Source: Nanobdellati archaeon
Lineage (GTDB): Archaea; EX4484-52; WAPT01
DNA: 64,000 nt
Assembly (NCBI GenBank): GCA_015520605.1
Contig: WAPT01000024.1
Coordinates: 1-64,000 of the forward strand
Direction: 5' to 3'
The position numbers and the translations under genes are program-made. Below, piece by piece: positions 49,344 to 59,419 of the stretch; position 1 is the first letter of the stretch; the number at the start of each line of letters is the position of its first letter. The notes under the pieces were generated by a model. It saw nothing but the letters and a program-made list of their open reading frames with translations, had not been told where the DNA came from and made no database searches.

Positions 49344-50450
49344 TTACCACTCTCGTTCTCGTTCAGAATGTTCTCGAAGATGCCCGCCGTCCAAAGAGTC
49401 GCACCATATTCTGCACGCGCCTTCAATACTTACCATGCACGGACCCACGGGGTTGGACGGACTGCAAACCCTGCCGAAGAGAGGGCAGTCCTCCGGCGTT
49501 ATGTTTGCTAGTAGAACGTCCCCACACCTGCAGAGTTTTTTAGCAGGATCCTCACGAAATTCGAACTTTTGAAAAATTTTCTCAAAAACCTTTTCAGCAT
49601 CTCTATCCTCCCATTTCTTTTTGATCGTAGGTTTGCTGTTTTTTATTTTTCCGAGTCCTCTCCACTCACAATCACAGCTTCCGAACACCATTCTTATGAG
49701 TTTCTTTGCCTCCACATTACCGTTTTCCCTCACAACACGTCCGTACTGGTTGATCACATCCGTTTCTCCCTCTACCAAAAGATCAAGGACTATTTTTACC
49801 GACTCCAGCACATCGAGCGCTTCAAACCCGGAGACAACCATCGGGAGGGGAAAGCGACGGAGAATGCTTCTGTAAGGTCTGATGCCAGTTATGGCTGAAA
49901 CGTGTCCCGGGCATATGAGAGCATCGACTTTCCTTTTTGTTGAAGATAGAAGCGCAGGTATCGCAGGTATGAAAAATCGATGAGCATTGAAAACATAAAA
50001 GTTGGAGGGCGCTTCCAGGATTGCTATTGCGGTTGAAGGCAGGGTGGTTTCAAACCCAACGGCTATGTGAACGATATCCTTGCTCTTATTTTTTTCGGCA
50101 ATTTTCACCGCATCGAAAATGCTGTAGACGATTTTTATTTTTGAGCCTCCTGCCGTTGCAAGAGATATGCCGTGGTATTTCAGCTGCGAGACATCCCCAA
50201 AACAGGTTACTATCCCATCAAAATTCTCAATAAAATACAGAAATCTTGCGATCTCTTCATCATTTATCACACATACAGGGCAGCCCGGACCCGGCACAAG
50301 CTTGATGCATGAAGGGACAATTTGCCTTATTCCGTATTTGGATATTGTATTTTCGTGTGTTCCGCAAAGGGAAAGGATCGTGATGTTTTTCCCAACTGTG
50401 GATGCAAGGTTCCTGATCTCTTCGAGCAGTTTTTTTGCATCATTCCTCAT
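49344..50450 (-). CDS. hypD: Hydrogenase maturation protein HypD
   Basis: CGTHE, GPGCPVC, GFETT, PGHVS, GPCMVSIEGAC. Confidence 0.95.
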   Translation of the reverse strand: MRNDAKKLLEEIRNLASTVGKNITILSLCGTHENTISKYGIRQIVPSCIKLVPGPGCPVCVINDEEIARFLYFIENFDGIVTCFGDVSQLKYHGISLATAGGSKIKIVYSIFDAVKIAEKNKSKDIVHIAVGFETTLPSTAIAILEAPSNFYVFNAHRFFIPAIPALLSSTKRKVDALICPGHVSAITGIRPYRSILRRFPLPMVVSGFEALDVLESVKIVLDLLVEGETDVINQYGRVVRENGNVEAKKLIRMVFGSCDCEWRGLGKIKNSKPTIKKKWEDRDAEKVFEKIFQKFEFREDPAKKLCRCGDVLLANITPEDCPLFGRVCSPSNPVGPCMVSIEGACRIWCDSLDGGHLREHSEREREW

Positions 50451-50619
50451 GAACGTCCCTCACCTTTTCTATGGCAAAACCGGCATGCACCACCACTTTG
50501 TCCCCCACCTTGACGTCTGGTACGAGATCTACACGCACAAATCTTCTTGCCCCTCCAAAATTCACGAGAGCTTCCTTTTCCTTGATTTTTTCAACAATTC
50601 CCACGACACCAATACACAT
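50440..50619 (-). CDS. hypC: Hydrogenase chaperone HypC (59 aa, absent from the ORF track)
   Basis: Translated by hand: MCIGVVG...VNFGG...VGDKVVVHAGFAI. Confidence 0.92.
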   Translation of the reverse strand: MCIGVVGIVEKIKEKEALVNFGGARRFVRVDLVPDVKVGDKVVVHAGFAIEKVRDVHEE

Positions 50620-50673
50620 AATCAGATATTTTTTCAGAAAATACTAATTAACTTTTTGCAAATAATCTGTTAG

Positions 50674-53025
50674 ATGGATGCATGGAGAATTATCATAAAA
50701 GGAACAGTTCAGGGTGTTGGCTTTAGACCGACTGTTGCCAGAGTGGCACGAAAACTGAAAGCGAGAGGGTATGTCAGAAACCTTGGAGGAGGGGAGGTTG
50801 AAATAGTGACCGATTTTCACCCTGAGAAATTTATCGAGAAACTATACAATAACCTTCCGAGACTTGCGAGGATTGAGGAAGTAAGGGCGGAAAAGATCAG
50901 CACATATTCCTTGCCGGATCCTTTCGCAATTCTTAAGAGCACATCTTTTTCCTCAGAGGTCGAAGAAACGATAAGACTGCCTCCTCCCGATGCGGCGATA
51001 TGTGAGATTTGCCTTGCGGAGGTATTTTCGGAGGACAACAGAAGATACCTGTATGCTTTCACTTCCTGTACTGCCTGCGGACCGAGGTTTACAGCGTTTC
51101 TTGGACTTCCCTTCGACAGGGAGAATACAACTTTTGGCTCTTTCCCGCTCTGTGCAGATTGCACCAGAGAATACGAGGATGAAATTAACAGAAGGTACCA
51201 TGCACAGACCACGTGCTGTCCTGTGTGTGGGCCAACATATTCCTTGGTATCATCCGGTGGCAAAACTATCGCAGAAGGTCTTGAAGCCATAAGGATGGCC
51301 GCCAGAATGGTGGATGATGGCGAGATTCTAGCTGTGAAGGGATGGGGAGGTTATCACCTTGTCTGCGACGCGGAAAAAGATGGTAGTGTCAGCAGATTGA
51401 GGGAGAAGTTGAAGAGGCTCCAACAACCATTCGCAATAATGGCGAGGGATATGAATGCGGTTAAGAGGATCTGCATCCTTAATGAGCGGGAAGCGGAGGA
51501 ACTTTCCAGTCCAGCAAGGCCGATCGTGATCCTGAGAAAGAAGGAACCATCCATTATGAAGGAGGTGGCTCCCATGCTTCACACTCTTGGTATGATGCTC
51601 CCTTATTCGGCGCTACATCACATTTTGTTTTCACATCTCAATACAGACTTCATTGTGGTTACATCTGCAAACCTTCCCGGAGAACCAATGATGATCGACG
51701 AAAAGATAATCAAAAAAATCAAAGTGGATGCCTATCTCATCCACAATTTGAGGATAGCGAACAGGTGCGATGACTCCGTTCTCAGGGTGGTTGATGAAAG
51801 AAGGGTTTTTGTGAGGAGATCTAGAGGTTTCGTACCATTTTCCCTCGAGCTTGGAAAAAAGACTAACGCTCTCTGCCTTGGGGCGGAACTTTTCAATTCA
51901 GTATGTTTCGTCAAAAACGGCAGAGCGTATCTCAGTCAGTATCTCGGAGACACTTCAAATTACCTCACCTACAAAGAGCATTTCATCCCCACCATCCAGA
52001 AATGGAGAAAATGGCTCTCCCTCGATAAGTGTGATGCAATTGTGTGTGACCTCCATCCCTCTTACACCACAACCTTCTTTGCGGAAAACGTTGCGGAGAG
52101 TCTTGATATCCCTCTCTACAGACTTCAGCATCACTTTGCACATGCGATGGGAGTGATGTTCGAGCATAACCTTGAGAGAGCTGTTGCTATATGCTGTGAT
52201 GGCACTGGATACGGTTTGGATGGCGGTGTGTGGGGTGGGGAAGTCCTTTATATTGATTTTGAAAAACATGAGTTTGCGCGTGTCGGCCGCCTTGAAAATT
52301 TCCATCTTGTCGGAGGAGATAGTGCAACTCTAAATCCGAGAAGGATAGGAGCATCCCTGCTTTTCTTAGCAGGGATGGAAAAAGAGGCGGCAGCACTTCT
52401 TGAGGAAAAGGAAAGGGAACTCGTCATGGCAGCCATCCAGAACAAAATAAATGTGGTGGAGTGTTCCTCAGCAGGCAGAGTTTTTGATGGTGTGGCATCA
52501 ATCCTTAACATTTACAATAAGAGAACTTATGAGGGCGAGGGGGCAATGAAACTTGAGACCATGGCATCTCTGGCGGAGGGGAAATGCAAGGAAGTTGAGA
52601 GCTTAAAACCAAAAATCGCAACCACACAGGAAGCTACAAGATACAGGAACCCTTACTTAATGGAAGGATGTGAAGGAAATCCGCGAGCAACACAATTTCC
52701 GATAAAGGTACTTAAAATTTCGAAATTAATAAAAGAAGCTTTTGAAAAATTGAAAGAAGGATGGGAGATGGAAAGGATAGCCTTCGAAACGTTTTCTTAT
52801 GTAGGGCGGGGACTTGCCACAATAGCCGTTGAGACAGCAAAGAGACGTAACTGTAAAATAATTCTCGCTGGAGGATGTATGGTAAATCCCATCTTTGTGG
52901 AAAGCATTATGAATGTTACGAGAACTGGTGGGGTTGAAACAGCACTCCCTCAAGAAGTGCCCATTGGAGATAACGGGATAAGTATGGGACAGGCGTATTT
53001 GCTCAAATTCGTTGAGACGAGGTGA
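50674..53025 (+). CDS. hypF: Carbamoyltransferase HypF
   Basis: VQGVGFRP, CTACGPR, HAQTTCCPVCGP, QHHFAH, DGTGYG, GDNGISMGQ. Confidence 0.96.
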   Translation: MDAWRIIIKGTVQGVGFRPTVARVARKLKARGYVRNLGGGEVEIVTDFHPEKFIEKLYNNLPRLARIEEVRAEKISTYSLPDPFAILKSTSFSSEVEETIRLPPPDAAICEICLAEVFSEDNRRYLYAFTSCTACGPRFTAFLGLPFDRENTTFGSFPLCADCTREYEDEINRRYHAQTTCCPVCGPTYSLVSSGGKTIAEGLEAIRMAARMVDDGEILAVKGWGGYHLVCDAEKDGSVSRLREKLKRLQQPFAIMARDMNAVKRICILNEREAEELSSPARPIVILRKKEPSIMKEVAPMLHTLGMMLPYSALHHILFSHLNTDFIVVTSANLPGEPMMIDEKIIKKIKVDAYLIHNLRIANRCDDSVLRVVDERRVFVRRSRGFVPFSLELGKKTNALCLGAELFNSVCFVKNGRAYLSQYLGDTSNYLTYKEHFIPTIQKWRKWLSLDKCDAIVCDLHPSYTTTFFAENVAESLDIPLYRLQHHFAHAMGVMFEHNLERAVAICCDGTGYGLDGGVWGGEVLYIDFEKHEFARVGRLENFHLVGGDSATLNPRRIGASLLFLAGMEKEAAALLEEKERELVMAAIQNKINVVECSSAGRVFDGVASILNIYNKRTYEGEGAMKLETMASLAEGKCKEVESLKPKIATTQEATRYRNPYLMEGCEGNPRATQFPIKVLKISKLIKEAFEKLKEGWEMERIAFETFSYVGRGLATIAVETAKRRNCKIILAGGCMVNPIFVESIMNVTRTGGVETALPQEVPIGDNGISMGQAYLLKFVETR

Positions 53026-54059
53026 GCGTGATGAGCTGGCAGGAGAGGGTAGGTGACGTGGGAGATGGTGGGAGAAGAATGATGGAATTTCTTGAAAAGT
53101 ACATTTTTCCGAAAATTAATGTAGAGAGCAGAGAGGATGCGGGAATAGTGAACGAAGATTTCATCATAACAACCGATAGTTACACTATTAAGCCCATAAT
53201 TTTTCCCGGCGGCAGTATAGGGAAGCTTGCCATCTGCGGGTCAGCAAATGATGTAGCCGTGATGGGCGCAAAACCTACATACTTTCTTCTATCTTTAATA
53301 GCAGACGAGAACCTTGAGATGAACAAGTTTTTGCATGTTGTTGAAGATATCTCGAAATATCTGAGAGAGATTGATGGCAGGATGCTTGGCGGAGATCTCA
53401 AAACACTTAAGGGAGATGGAGAGGAAATTTATGTAAATACCACATGCATAGGAACGCGAAACAGATGGCTTGAATTAAATCTCGAAGTGGTGAGAAATTA
53501 TCGCAACTATCCACACTCATGGATAAGGAATTGTGGCGCTGGAGAGGACGAGGTGGTGATAATAACTGGAAACATCGCGGAGCACGCCACAGCAATTTTG
53601 CTTGCAAGGGAGGAGCTTGGTTTCCAGCTGGATGTATCCTCGGATTGCAAACATCTATGGTTTCCAATAAGAAAAGCGATGGAGGAGGGTGGCATAACGG
53701 CAATGAAAGATGCTACTCGCGGTGGTATTGCGTCTGCGCTCAACGAGATAGCGGAGCAAAGCGGTGTGGGTATGGTAATTGAGGAAAACAAAATACCAAT
53801 AAGGGAAGAGGTAAGGAGTTTCTGCGAGGTGCTTGGACTTGATCCCTATGCAATGGCAAACGAGGGTGTGAGTGTGATGACCGTTGTGCGGGAAATGGCT
53901 GAGGATGTGCTTGAAGCTCTTCACAAAGCGGGAGAGAAAAATGCGAGGATTGTGGGCTACACAACCGCAGAACATAGAGAGGTTATTCTGAGAACCGAGC
54001 TTGGAAGCGAGAGAATTCTTCATATGCCTTACGGAAGCACAGTGCCCAGAATATGTTGA
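53022..54059 (+). CDS. hypE: Hydrogenase maturation protein HypE
   Basis: FPGGSIGKLA, KDATRGG, ANEG, C-terminal PRIC. Confidence 0.95.
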   Translation: MSVMSWQERVGDVGDGGRRMMEFLEKYIFPKINVESREDAGIVNEDFIITTDSYTIKPIIFPGGSIGKLAICGSANDVAVMGAKPTYFLLSLIADENLEMNKFLHVVEDISKYLREIDGRMLGGDLKTLKGDGEEIYVNTTCIGTRNRWLELNLEVVRNYRNYPHSWIRNCGAGEDEVVIITGNIAEHATAILLAREELGFQLDVSSDCKHLWFPIRKAMEEGGITAMKDATRGGIASALNEIAEQSGVGMVIEENKIPIREEVRSFCEVLGLDPYAMANEGVSVMTVVREMAEDVLEALHKAGEKNARIVGYTTAEHREVILRTELGSERILHMPYGSTVPRIC

Positions 54060-54110
54060 TCAAAACTCATTAATGAAACAAATTTCCCGAAAATACAAAA
54101 AACAAAACAA

Positions 54111-54338
54111 TTAAAAATAAAAAATAATATAAAACTTATAGCCATTTTCAAGCTTAACTTTTTCAAAACCAACTACATATCGTTTCCGTTTTTTTGAGAA
54201 TATGCAGATTTCTGTCACATCCTCAAAGGCTATTGGTGTATGTTTCAGAATTTCCCTTATTCTTTTAGGTTCTTCATTCAGAGCCTTGCACGCATCCTCA
54301 AAACTCCACATCACAACCGGCTCTATCCCGTTCAACAC
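54111..54338 (-). CDS. Hypothetical protein
   Basis: 75-aa ORF with GGGGTG SD-like site. Confidence 0.35.
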   Translation of the reverse strand: MLNGIEPVVMWSFEDACKALNEEPKRIREILKHTPIAFEDVTEICIFSKKRKRYVVGFEKVKLENGYKFYIIFYF

Positions 54339-54665
54339 CCCACCCCCTCTTAGAACTAATTAGGATCCCGCGTCCCAACATTTTCAAGAAAACGGGTTTT
54401 TTACACCATAAATCAAGAAAGTAAACTTTAAGAGTGCTACTTGTAGTTCTCGATTTCCACCCACGACAAATGTCGAATGTTTTACTACCAAACTTGTATA
54501 ACATTTTTAAGTGTGTGTTGGATTTTAACTATTATCAATCAAAATAATGAAAAGTTCGAAAAATGGAATTCAGAAAATTAAAGGATGTCTGACGCATTCT
54601 TAGCGATGTTCATCCTTTCTTTCTGTCCCAACTCTCCTAGTAATTCCGCGGCCCTTGGATTTTTA

Positions 54666-54740
54666 TGGGGCCGCCCGGATTTGAACCGGGGTCACCGGCG
54701 CCCGAGGCCGGGATGATGGACCAAGCTACACCACGGCCCC
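54666..54740 (-). tRNA. tRNA-Pro(CGG)
   Basis: Cloverleaf on the minus strand; loop CTCGGGC. Confidence 0.95.
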
Positions 54741-54816
54741 GAGATTACCTCGTGGCGTTAATGCAATAGACTCTATCGGATGAAATTTTTTAAATGCGTG
54801 GTTTGGGGGTGAGAGT

Positions 54817-55602
54817 TTGGAGGTCCGGAAGGTATTGTGTGTTGTGGCCGTGTTTCTGCTGGTGTGTGGTGTTGTGCTCCCACCTGCTGTTGCCGGCGGT
54901 CTGTGGGAGCATGTAAAGGAAAAATGGAGCGAAGTCAAGGAGAAAGTTTCCGAGAAGTATCGTAGAACCAAGGAAAGGGTCTCGCACGGGTGGAACAGGA
55001 TCAAGGAGGGAACACGGGAGAGATATGAAGAGACAAAAGAAAAGATCAAGCAGAAAGTTTCGGAGGGAAAGGAGAGACTCGAGCATAGACTCGAGCATGA
55101 GTGGAACGAAATAAAGTCCAGAGCAAAGTTCAAATCACAGAGGGTTGCAACAAGAGCCTGGGAAACATGGAAAAACATGCCGGAGGAGGACAGGAAAAAA
55201 GTGAAAATGGCTCTGATAGGTGGAGCCGTTCTTGTGGGAGTGACATATATGGCGGTGCATCACCCCGGTGCTGTGGCTACAGCTGCGAAATATGCAACAG
55301 CGATAATGATCAAAGACGGCAAGCTTGCCGTTTATGATCCAGAAACAAAGGAAATCATTGAGTCGGCAGCAATGCAGGAAATCTCAAATAAGACGCACGG
55401 GCTTGTCAAATCGAACAATTTTGAGGTTGAGAGTGTTGAAAAGATGCCCGATGGCAAGTACAGAATCAAGGTAAGCGCTGATGTCAATCTCTTCTGGTTG
55501 ATTCCATGGAAACTCGAGAAGGACATCATCATCGATCCCGCAACCGGAAAAGCCCAGGTGGATATGGCGTGGTGGGAGACCCCGCCTTTCTATACCGCTT
55601 GA
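54817..55602 (+). CDS. Secreted protein with 11-mer amphipathic repeats
   Basis: Signal peptide ending AVA, xKE repeats every 11 aa, internal hydrophobic segment. Confidence 0.7.
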   Translation: MEVRKVLCVVAVFLLVCGVVLPPAVAGGLWEHVKEKWSEVKEKVSEKYRRTKERVSHGWNRIKEGTRERYEETKEKIKQKVSEGKERLEHRLEHEWNEIKSRAKFKSQRVATRAWETWKNMPEEDRKKVKMALIGGAVLVGVTYMAVHHPGAVATAAKYATAIMIKDGKLAVYDPETKEIIESAAMQEISNKTHGLVKSNNFEVESVEKMPDGKYRIKVSADVNLFWLIPWKLEKDIIIDPATGKAQVDMAWWETPPFYTA

Positions 55603-55623
55603 TTTTCTAAAATTTTTTAGGAG

Positions 55624-56634
55624 GTGTGGGAAATGGAGGATGTAGAGGATGTAGGGGAGATTAAGGATGAGGATGTTAAGTACCTGGAAAAAAAGTACCT
55701 GGAAAAAATGATAAAGAACAACAGTATGTTCTTCACAAAGAAAGCTTCCATCTATCCCATCGTGGGCGGGATTCAGGGAGCGCTGTTCCTAATCGTCGGA
55801 GCTGTGCCGACCTTCGTTGCTTTTCTGACGTTCCTTATCCTACGATCCGGTGCGGGGATATTTCTAAGTTTCGCCGGAGAAAGGGTGATATGGAGCGTAA
55901 TGCTGCGGATAATCCTAACTTTCATGTTCGGTCTGTGGATGCTCGCGTTCCTACATTCCGCTGTACTTAGAGAGTTTATGCGTTCGTCTATCGGAGCTCT
56001 TATCGGCGGGCTTATCAGCGTTTTCATGACACCCCAAGCTTTTCCAGAAGTGAAAACTGCAGGACTTCTTCTTATCTTCTCAAGCTTTGTGACCATGGCC
56101 TGCATCGTGATATGTAATGAAGAGGCCAAGAGGATAGCAAAGAGGAAAGTGAGGATAAAACAGGTGGATGAGGAGACTCTGAAGCTCATCAGGATCATGG
56201 AGAACATAAAGTCGTCCGCGGATTTCTATGCGAGGATCGTGAACGCACTCTACTACATCTGCACAGGACTCGGGGTGCTTTTCGTGGGCAGCATGACTGT
56301 ATTTTCCCATATTCCAGTTTATTCATACGTCCATGTAACATCACACCATCCCAATTTCTGGAGCATACTGTTATTTTCACTGGCATTCACCATGCCGCTG
56401 GCATTGGTGTTCTCATTCCGAAAATACCTTTACTGGACAGGCGTCGCATTCTTCAGTATCCTGGCCGTCGTTTTGGTAGCTAAGGCCGTATCCAGCAGAC
56501 TGTACATAAACGTCTTGGGACTGATAGCTCTGGTAGCTGCTGTAGCAATGCCTGTCCTGGCACTGATGTTATCACCTATCCTGAAGCATCAGAGGCTAAG
56601 GGAGAAGGTGATGGAGATAGGAGAACTGCTTTAG
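55624..56634 (+). CDS. Multi-pass membrane protein
   Basis: About 8 hydrophobic segments. Confidence 0.7.
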   Translation: MWEMEDVEDVGEIKDEDVKYLEKKYLEKMIKNNSMFFTKKASIYPIVGGIQGALFLIVGAVPTFVAFLTFLILRSGAGIFLSFAGERVIWSVMLRIILTFMFGLWMLAFLHSAVLREFMRSSIGALIGGLISVFMTPQAFPEVKTAGLLLIFSSFVTMACIVICNEEAKRIAKRKVRIKQVDEETLKLIRIMENIKSSADFYARIVNALYYICTGLGVLFVGSMTVFSHIPVYSYVHVTSHHPNFWSILLFSLAFTMPLALVFSFRKYLYWTGVAFFSILAVVLVAKAVSSRLYINVLGLIALVAAVAMPVLALMLSPILKHQRLREKVMEIGELL

Positions 56635-56748
56635 CATTCTCATATTTTTATTTTATTATTTTTTCTTATGTTTTGTTGGAAAATATTCCCATAAATTCAG
56701 ATTATAACATTAAAAAATTCCGGCCACTTAATTTCCTCCACGATTCTC

Positions 56749-58512
56749 ATGCTGGTGGGTGAAGTTTTCGGCAAGACCGGTACCAAAACCTTCCAGTTTC
56801 GAGCTTACAAGGAGGTCAACAGAATGGATTTTGTTACTGTGAAGAGTGTTGATGACCACTGGCTTCTCTGCCGGATTGAGGATGTGGAGATGTATCCTGA
56901 CGGTAAGATAATCGGCAAAGCAAGGATAATCGGTTACAGAGAAGATGGGATACTGAAGATCCCAAAGGTCCCCATTAAGCCCAACAGCCTTGTTTACAAA
57001 GCAGACAAGGGAATCATAACTGAAGTTCTCAATTTGAAAATGGACGGCCTTTACATAGGCGTGCTTGAGGCTAATGAGGATGTGAAGGTATACCTTGATC
57101 CGCAGGAGCTCATATCAAAGCATGTTGCCGTGCTTGCCGCCACCGGATCGGGTAAGTCTTACACGGTCGGTGTGCTCATAGAGGAGATAGCGGAGAGGAG
57201 GATTCCGATCGTGGTGATCGATCCCCATGGCGAGTACACATCCATGAGGTTTCCGAATGATCAGAAGGATGTTAAGGCTTTCAAGAAATTTGGAGTGAAT
57301 CCGAAGGGTTATGATGTGCAACACTACAGCCCCGATCCCCGCGTTAACCCCGGTGCTATGCAGCTCAGCTTTGGTTACGATGAGATAGATCCGAGAGAGA
57401 TAGGCATGCTGTTTCCCTCAAAGCCCACAGCTTCTCAGCTCGCCTTGCTTTATGCGGCTTTTAAGAGAATAAAATCCACAAAAAAGAACTTCACACTCGA
57501 TGATATTATAGCGGATGTGGAACAGAGTCAGAGCCAGAGCAAGTGGAACGTAATAAACATGCTCGAGATGCTGAAGGATATGAGAATTTTCAGCGGGAAT
57601 CCCACCCCCGTCACAAAACTGGTGGTGCCGGGAAAGATAACCGTTATTAACCTGAGAGGGGTAACGCAAGAAGTTCAGGCCTACGTCGTGTACAAGATGG
57701 TTGAAAGGTTGTTCGAAGCAAGAAAAATAGGGATGATAAATCCATGTTTCCTTGTGATTGAGGAAGCGCACAACTTCGTGCCGCAGAGCGAGGCAAAGAT
57801 AAGCTCAAAGATAATAAAAAACGTTGCTTCCGAAGGAAGGAAGTTCGGTTTGGGGCTTTGTGTAATAAGCCAGAGACCGGCAAGGATAGACAAGAACGTG
57901 CTGAGCCAGTGCAACACACAGATAATCCTAAGGATGATGAATCCAAACGATTTGAAAGCTGTGAGCTATGCTGAAGGGCTTAGCGCTGAGCTGGAGAAGG
58001 AGATAAAGAACCTCAACACAGGCACCGCTCTTATGATAGGGCAGGAATTTCCCATCATAGTTAAGATAAGGGTCAGGAGGAGCAAGCACGGCGGAACAAC
58101 TCAAGACGTTACGGAGCAGAGAGAAAATACGATCCCAATATTCCTACCTCTCAAACCAGTTCAGCACGTGCCGTCTGGAAGCAAGGTTTACTATCCCTGC
58201 TGGGTTTTCAATTCTGAGGGGAAGCGCTATGTTATGGACGCGGTACAGGGTAAGTTCCTCTTCTTTGATGGAAACGTCGTCAGAGAGCAAAACGGAAGTG
58301 GGAGTATATTAGAAATGAATATAGAGCACGGCACAGAAGAGATTGTCGGTAGAGTTATAAGGGCTGAAATAGGTCACAAACGGGCATTGAGCATCGGGAA
58401 GAAATTCTTTGGCAGAATTGATAGTGTACAACTTGTTTACTATCCTTACATTGTAACGGAGGATGAGCTCATCGATCTTGTAACCGGAGCGATGAAAAAG
58501 TTGGGAAGATAA
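56749..58512 (+). CDS. HerA/DUF87 family ATPase
   Basis: HAS-barrel-like N-terminus, ATGSGKS, DPHGEY, IEEAHNF, EGRKFG, SQRP. Confidence 0.9.
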   Translation: MLVGEVFGKTGTKTFQFRAYKEVNRMDFVTVKSVDDHWLLCRIEDVEMYPDGKIIGKARIIGYREDGILKIPKVPIKPNSLVYKADKGIITEVLNLKMDGLYIGVLEANEDVKVYLDPQELISKHVAVLAATGSGKSYTVGVLIEEIAERRIPIVVIDPHGEYTSMRFPNDQKDVKAFKKFGVNPKGYDVQHYSPDPRVNPGAMQLSFGYDEIDPREIGMLFPSKPTASQLALLYAAFKRIKSTKKNFTLDDIIADVEQSQSQSKWNVINMLEMLKDMRIFSGNPTPVTKLVVPGKITVINLRGVTQEVQAYVVYKMVERLFEARKIGMINPCFLVIEEAHNFVPQSEAKISSKIIKNVASEGRKFGLGLCVISQRPARIDKNVLSQCNTQIILRMMNPNDLKAVSYAEGLSAELEKEIKNLNTGTALMIGQEFPIIVKIRVRRSKHGGTTQDVTEQRENTIPIFLPLKPVQHVPSGSKVYYPCWVFNSEGKRYVMDAVQGKFLFFDGNVVREQNGSGSILEMNIEHGTEEIVGRVIRAEIGHKRALSIGKKFFGRIDSVQLVYYPYIVTEDELIDLVTGAMKKLGR

Positions 58513-58665
58513 TGCTCACAGGCAGACCAAAACACACACATCTAATGGAAATGTTTCGGATCAAAATTTTTAAACCTTCATGTTTTATTACCATTTAGAG
58601 ATATCAAAGCGCATTTCTTTGCTGGGACAATAAATGTAGTGTCATTTATGCACTCTGTCTCGCCT

Positions 58666-58728
58666 GACCCGCGGCAGAAAGGCAGAGATATACTTCATTA
58701 AACGTCCGTTAAACGTCCGCGGGGATGA
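58666..58728 (+). repeat. Copy 1 of a duplicated K-turn hairpin element (with an internal 11-nt duplication)
   Basis: Identical to 61529-61580 apart from a second TTAAACGTCCG. Confidence 0.85.
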
Positions 58729-58772
58729 TGGTTGTTGGTGTGGAAGAGAATTTTTAGAGGAGGTGGTGTGGT

Positions 58773-59363
58773 TTGAAGTCCAAGACCAAGATAGTTAGGG
58801 TATTTCAGCTTCTAGTTCTCGTCTTTTTTGTAGTTCAGGGAATGTACATAGCGCACTCGATAATCCAACATCACCACTATCTTCAGTCACTCCCAGATAC
58901 CACACAGGAAATGTATTTAAATCAGGAAATTCTGAAGTGGGCTCGTCAGCAGAACATATCGGTCATTTTCGATGAGAACTACAAACCATTTATGAAAGTG
59001 AAGAACAGCAAAGAACTGATAACGAATTTTGAAGAAATTAAAGAAATAAAGACAGCGCTGATAATCTCAGTAATACCTAGAGAGCGGATTAATGATGCTT
59101 TCAAACCAGATCTCTTGATCAAATACTATCTAATATCTCCCGCCGGTATACGTTACTATGAGGACTATTACATAGCGCCGACAGGATACACGATAGTCAA
59201 GTACAACCAAAACGGTGTCGTTATTCTGAAAAAGGACGTCACACTAGGGTGGCTCAGGACAATCACTCATGGAAGAAATGTTCTTGTGGGGATAGTGATG
59301 CTATTCATCGATGTGACCCTTCTGAGAGTAGCATTTCCGAAGGGAGAGAACACAGATGTCTAG
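58773..59363 (+). CDS. Hypothetical 2-TM membrane protein
   Basis: N- and C-terminal hydrophobic helices; GGAGGTG SD. Confidence 0.6.
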   Translation: MKSKTKIVRVFQLLVLVFFVVQGMYIAHSIIQHHHYLQSLPDTTQEMYLNQEILKWARQQNISVIFDENYKPFMKVKNSKELITNFEEIKEIKTALIISVIPRERINDAFKPDLLIKYYLISPAGIRYYEDYYIAPTGYTIVKYNQNGVVILKKDVTLGWLRTITHGRNVLVGIVMLFIDVTLLRVAFPKGENTDV

Positions 59364-59419
59364 AGAGAACACCGAAGTGAGAGTTATTTTCCTTATTTTT
59401 TCTTTTATTTTTAGGAAAC

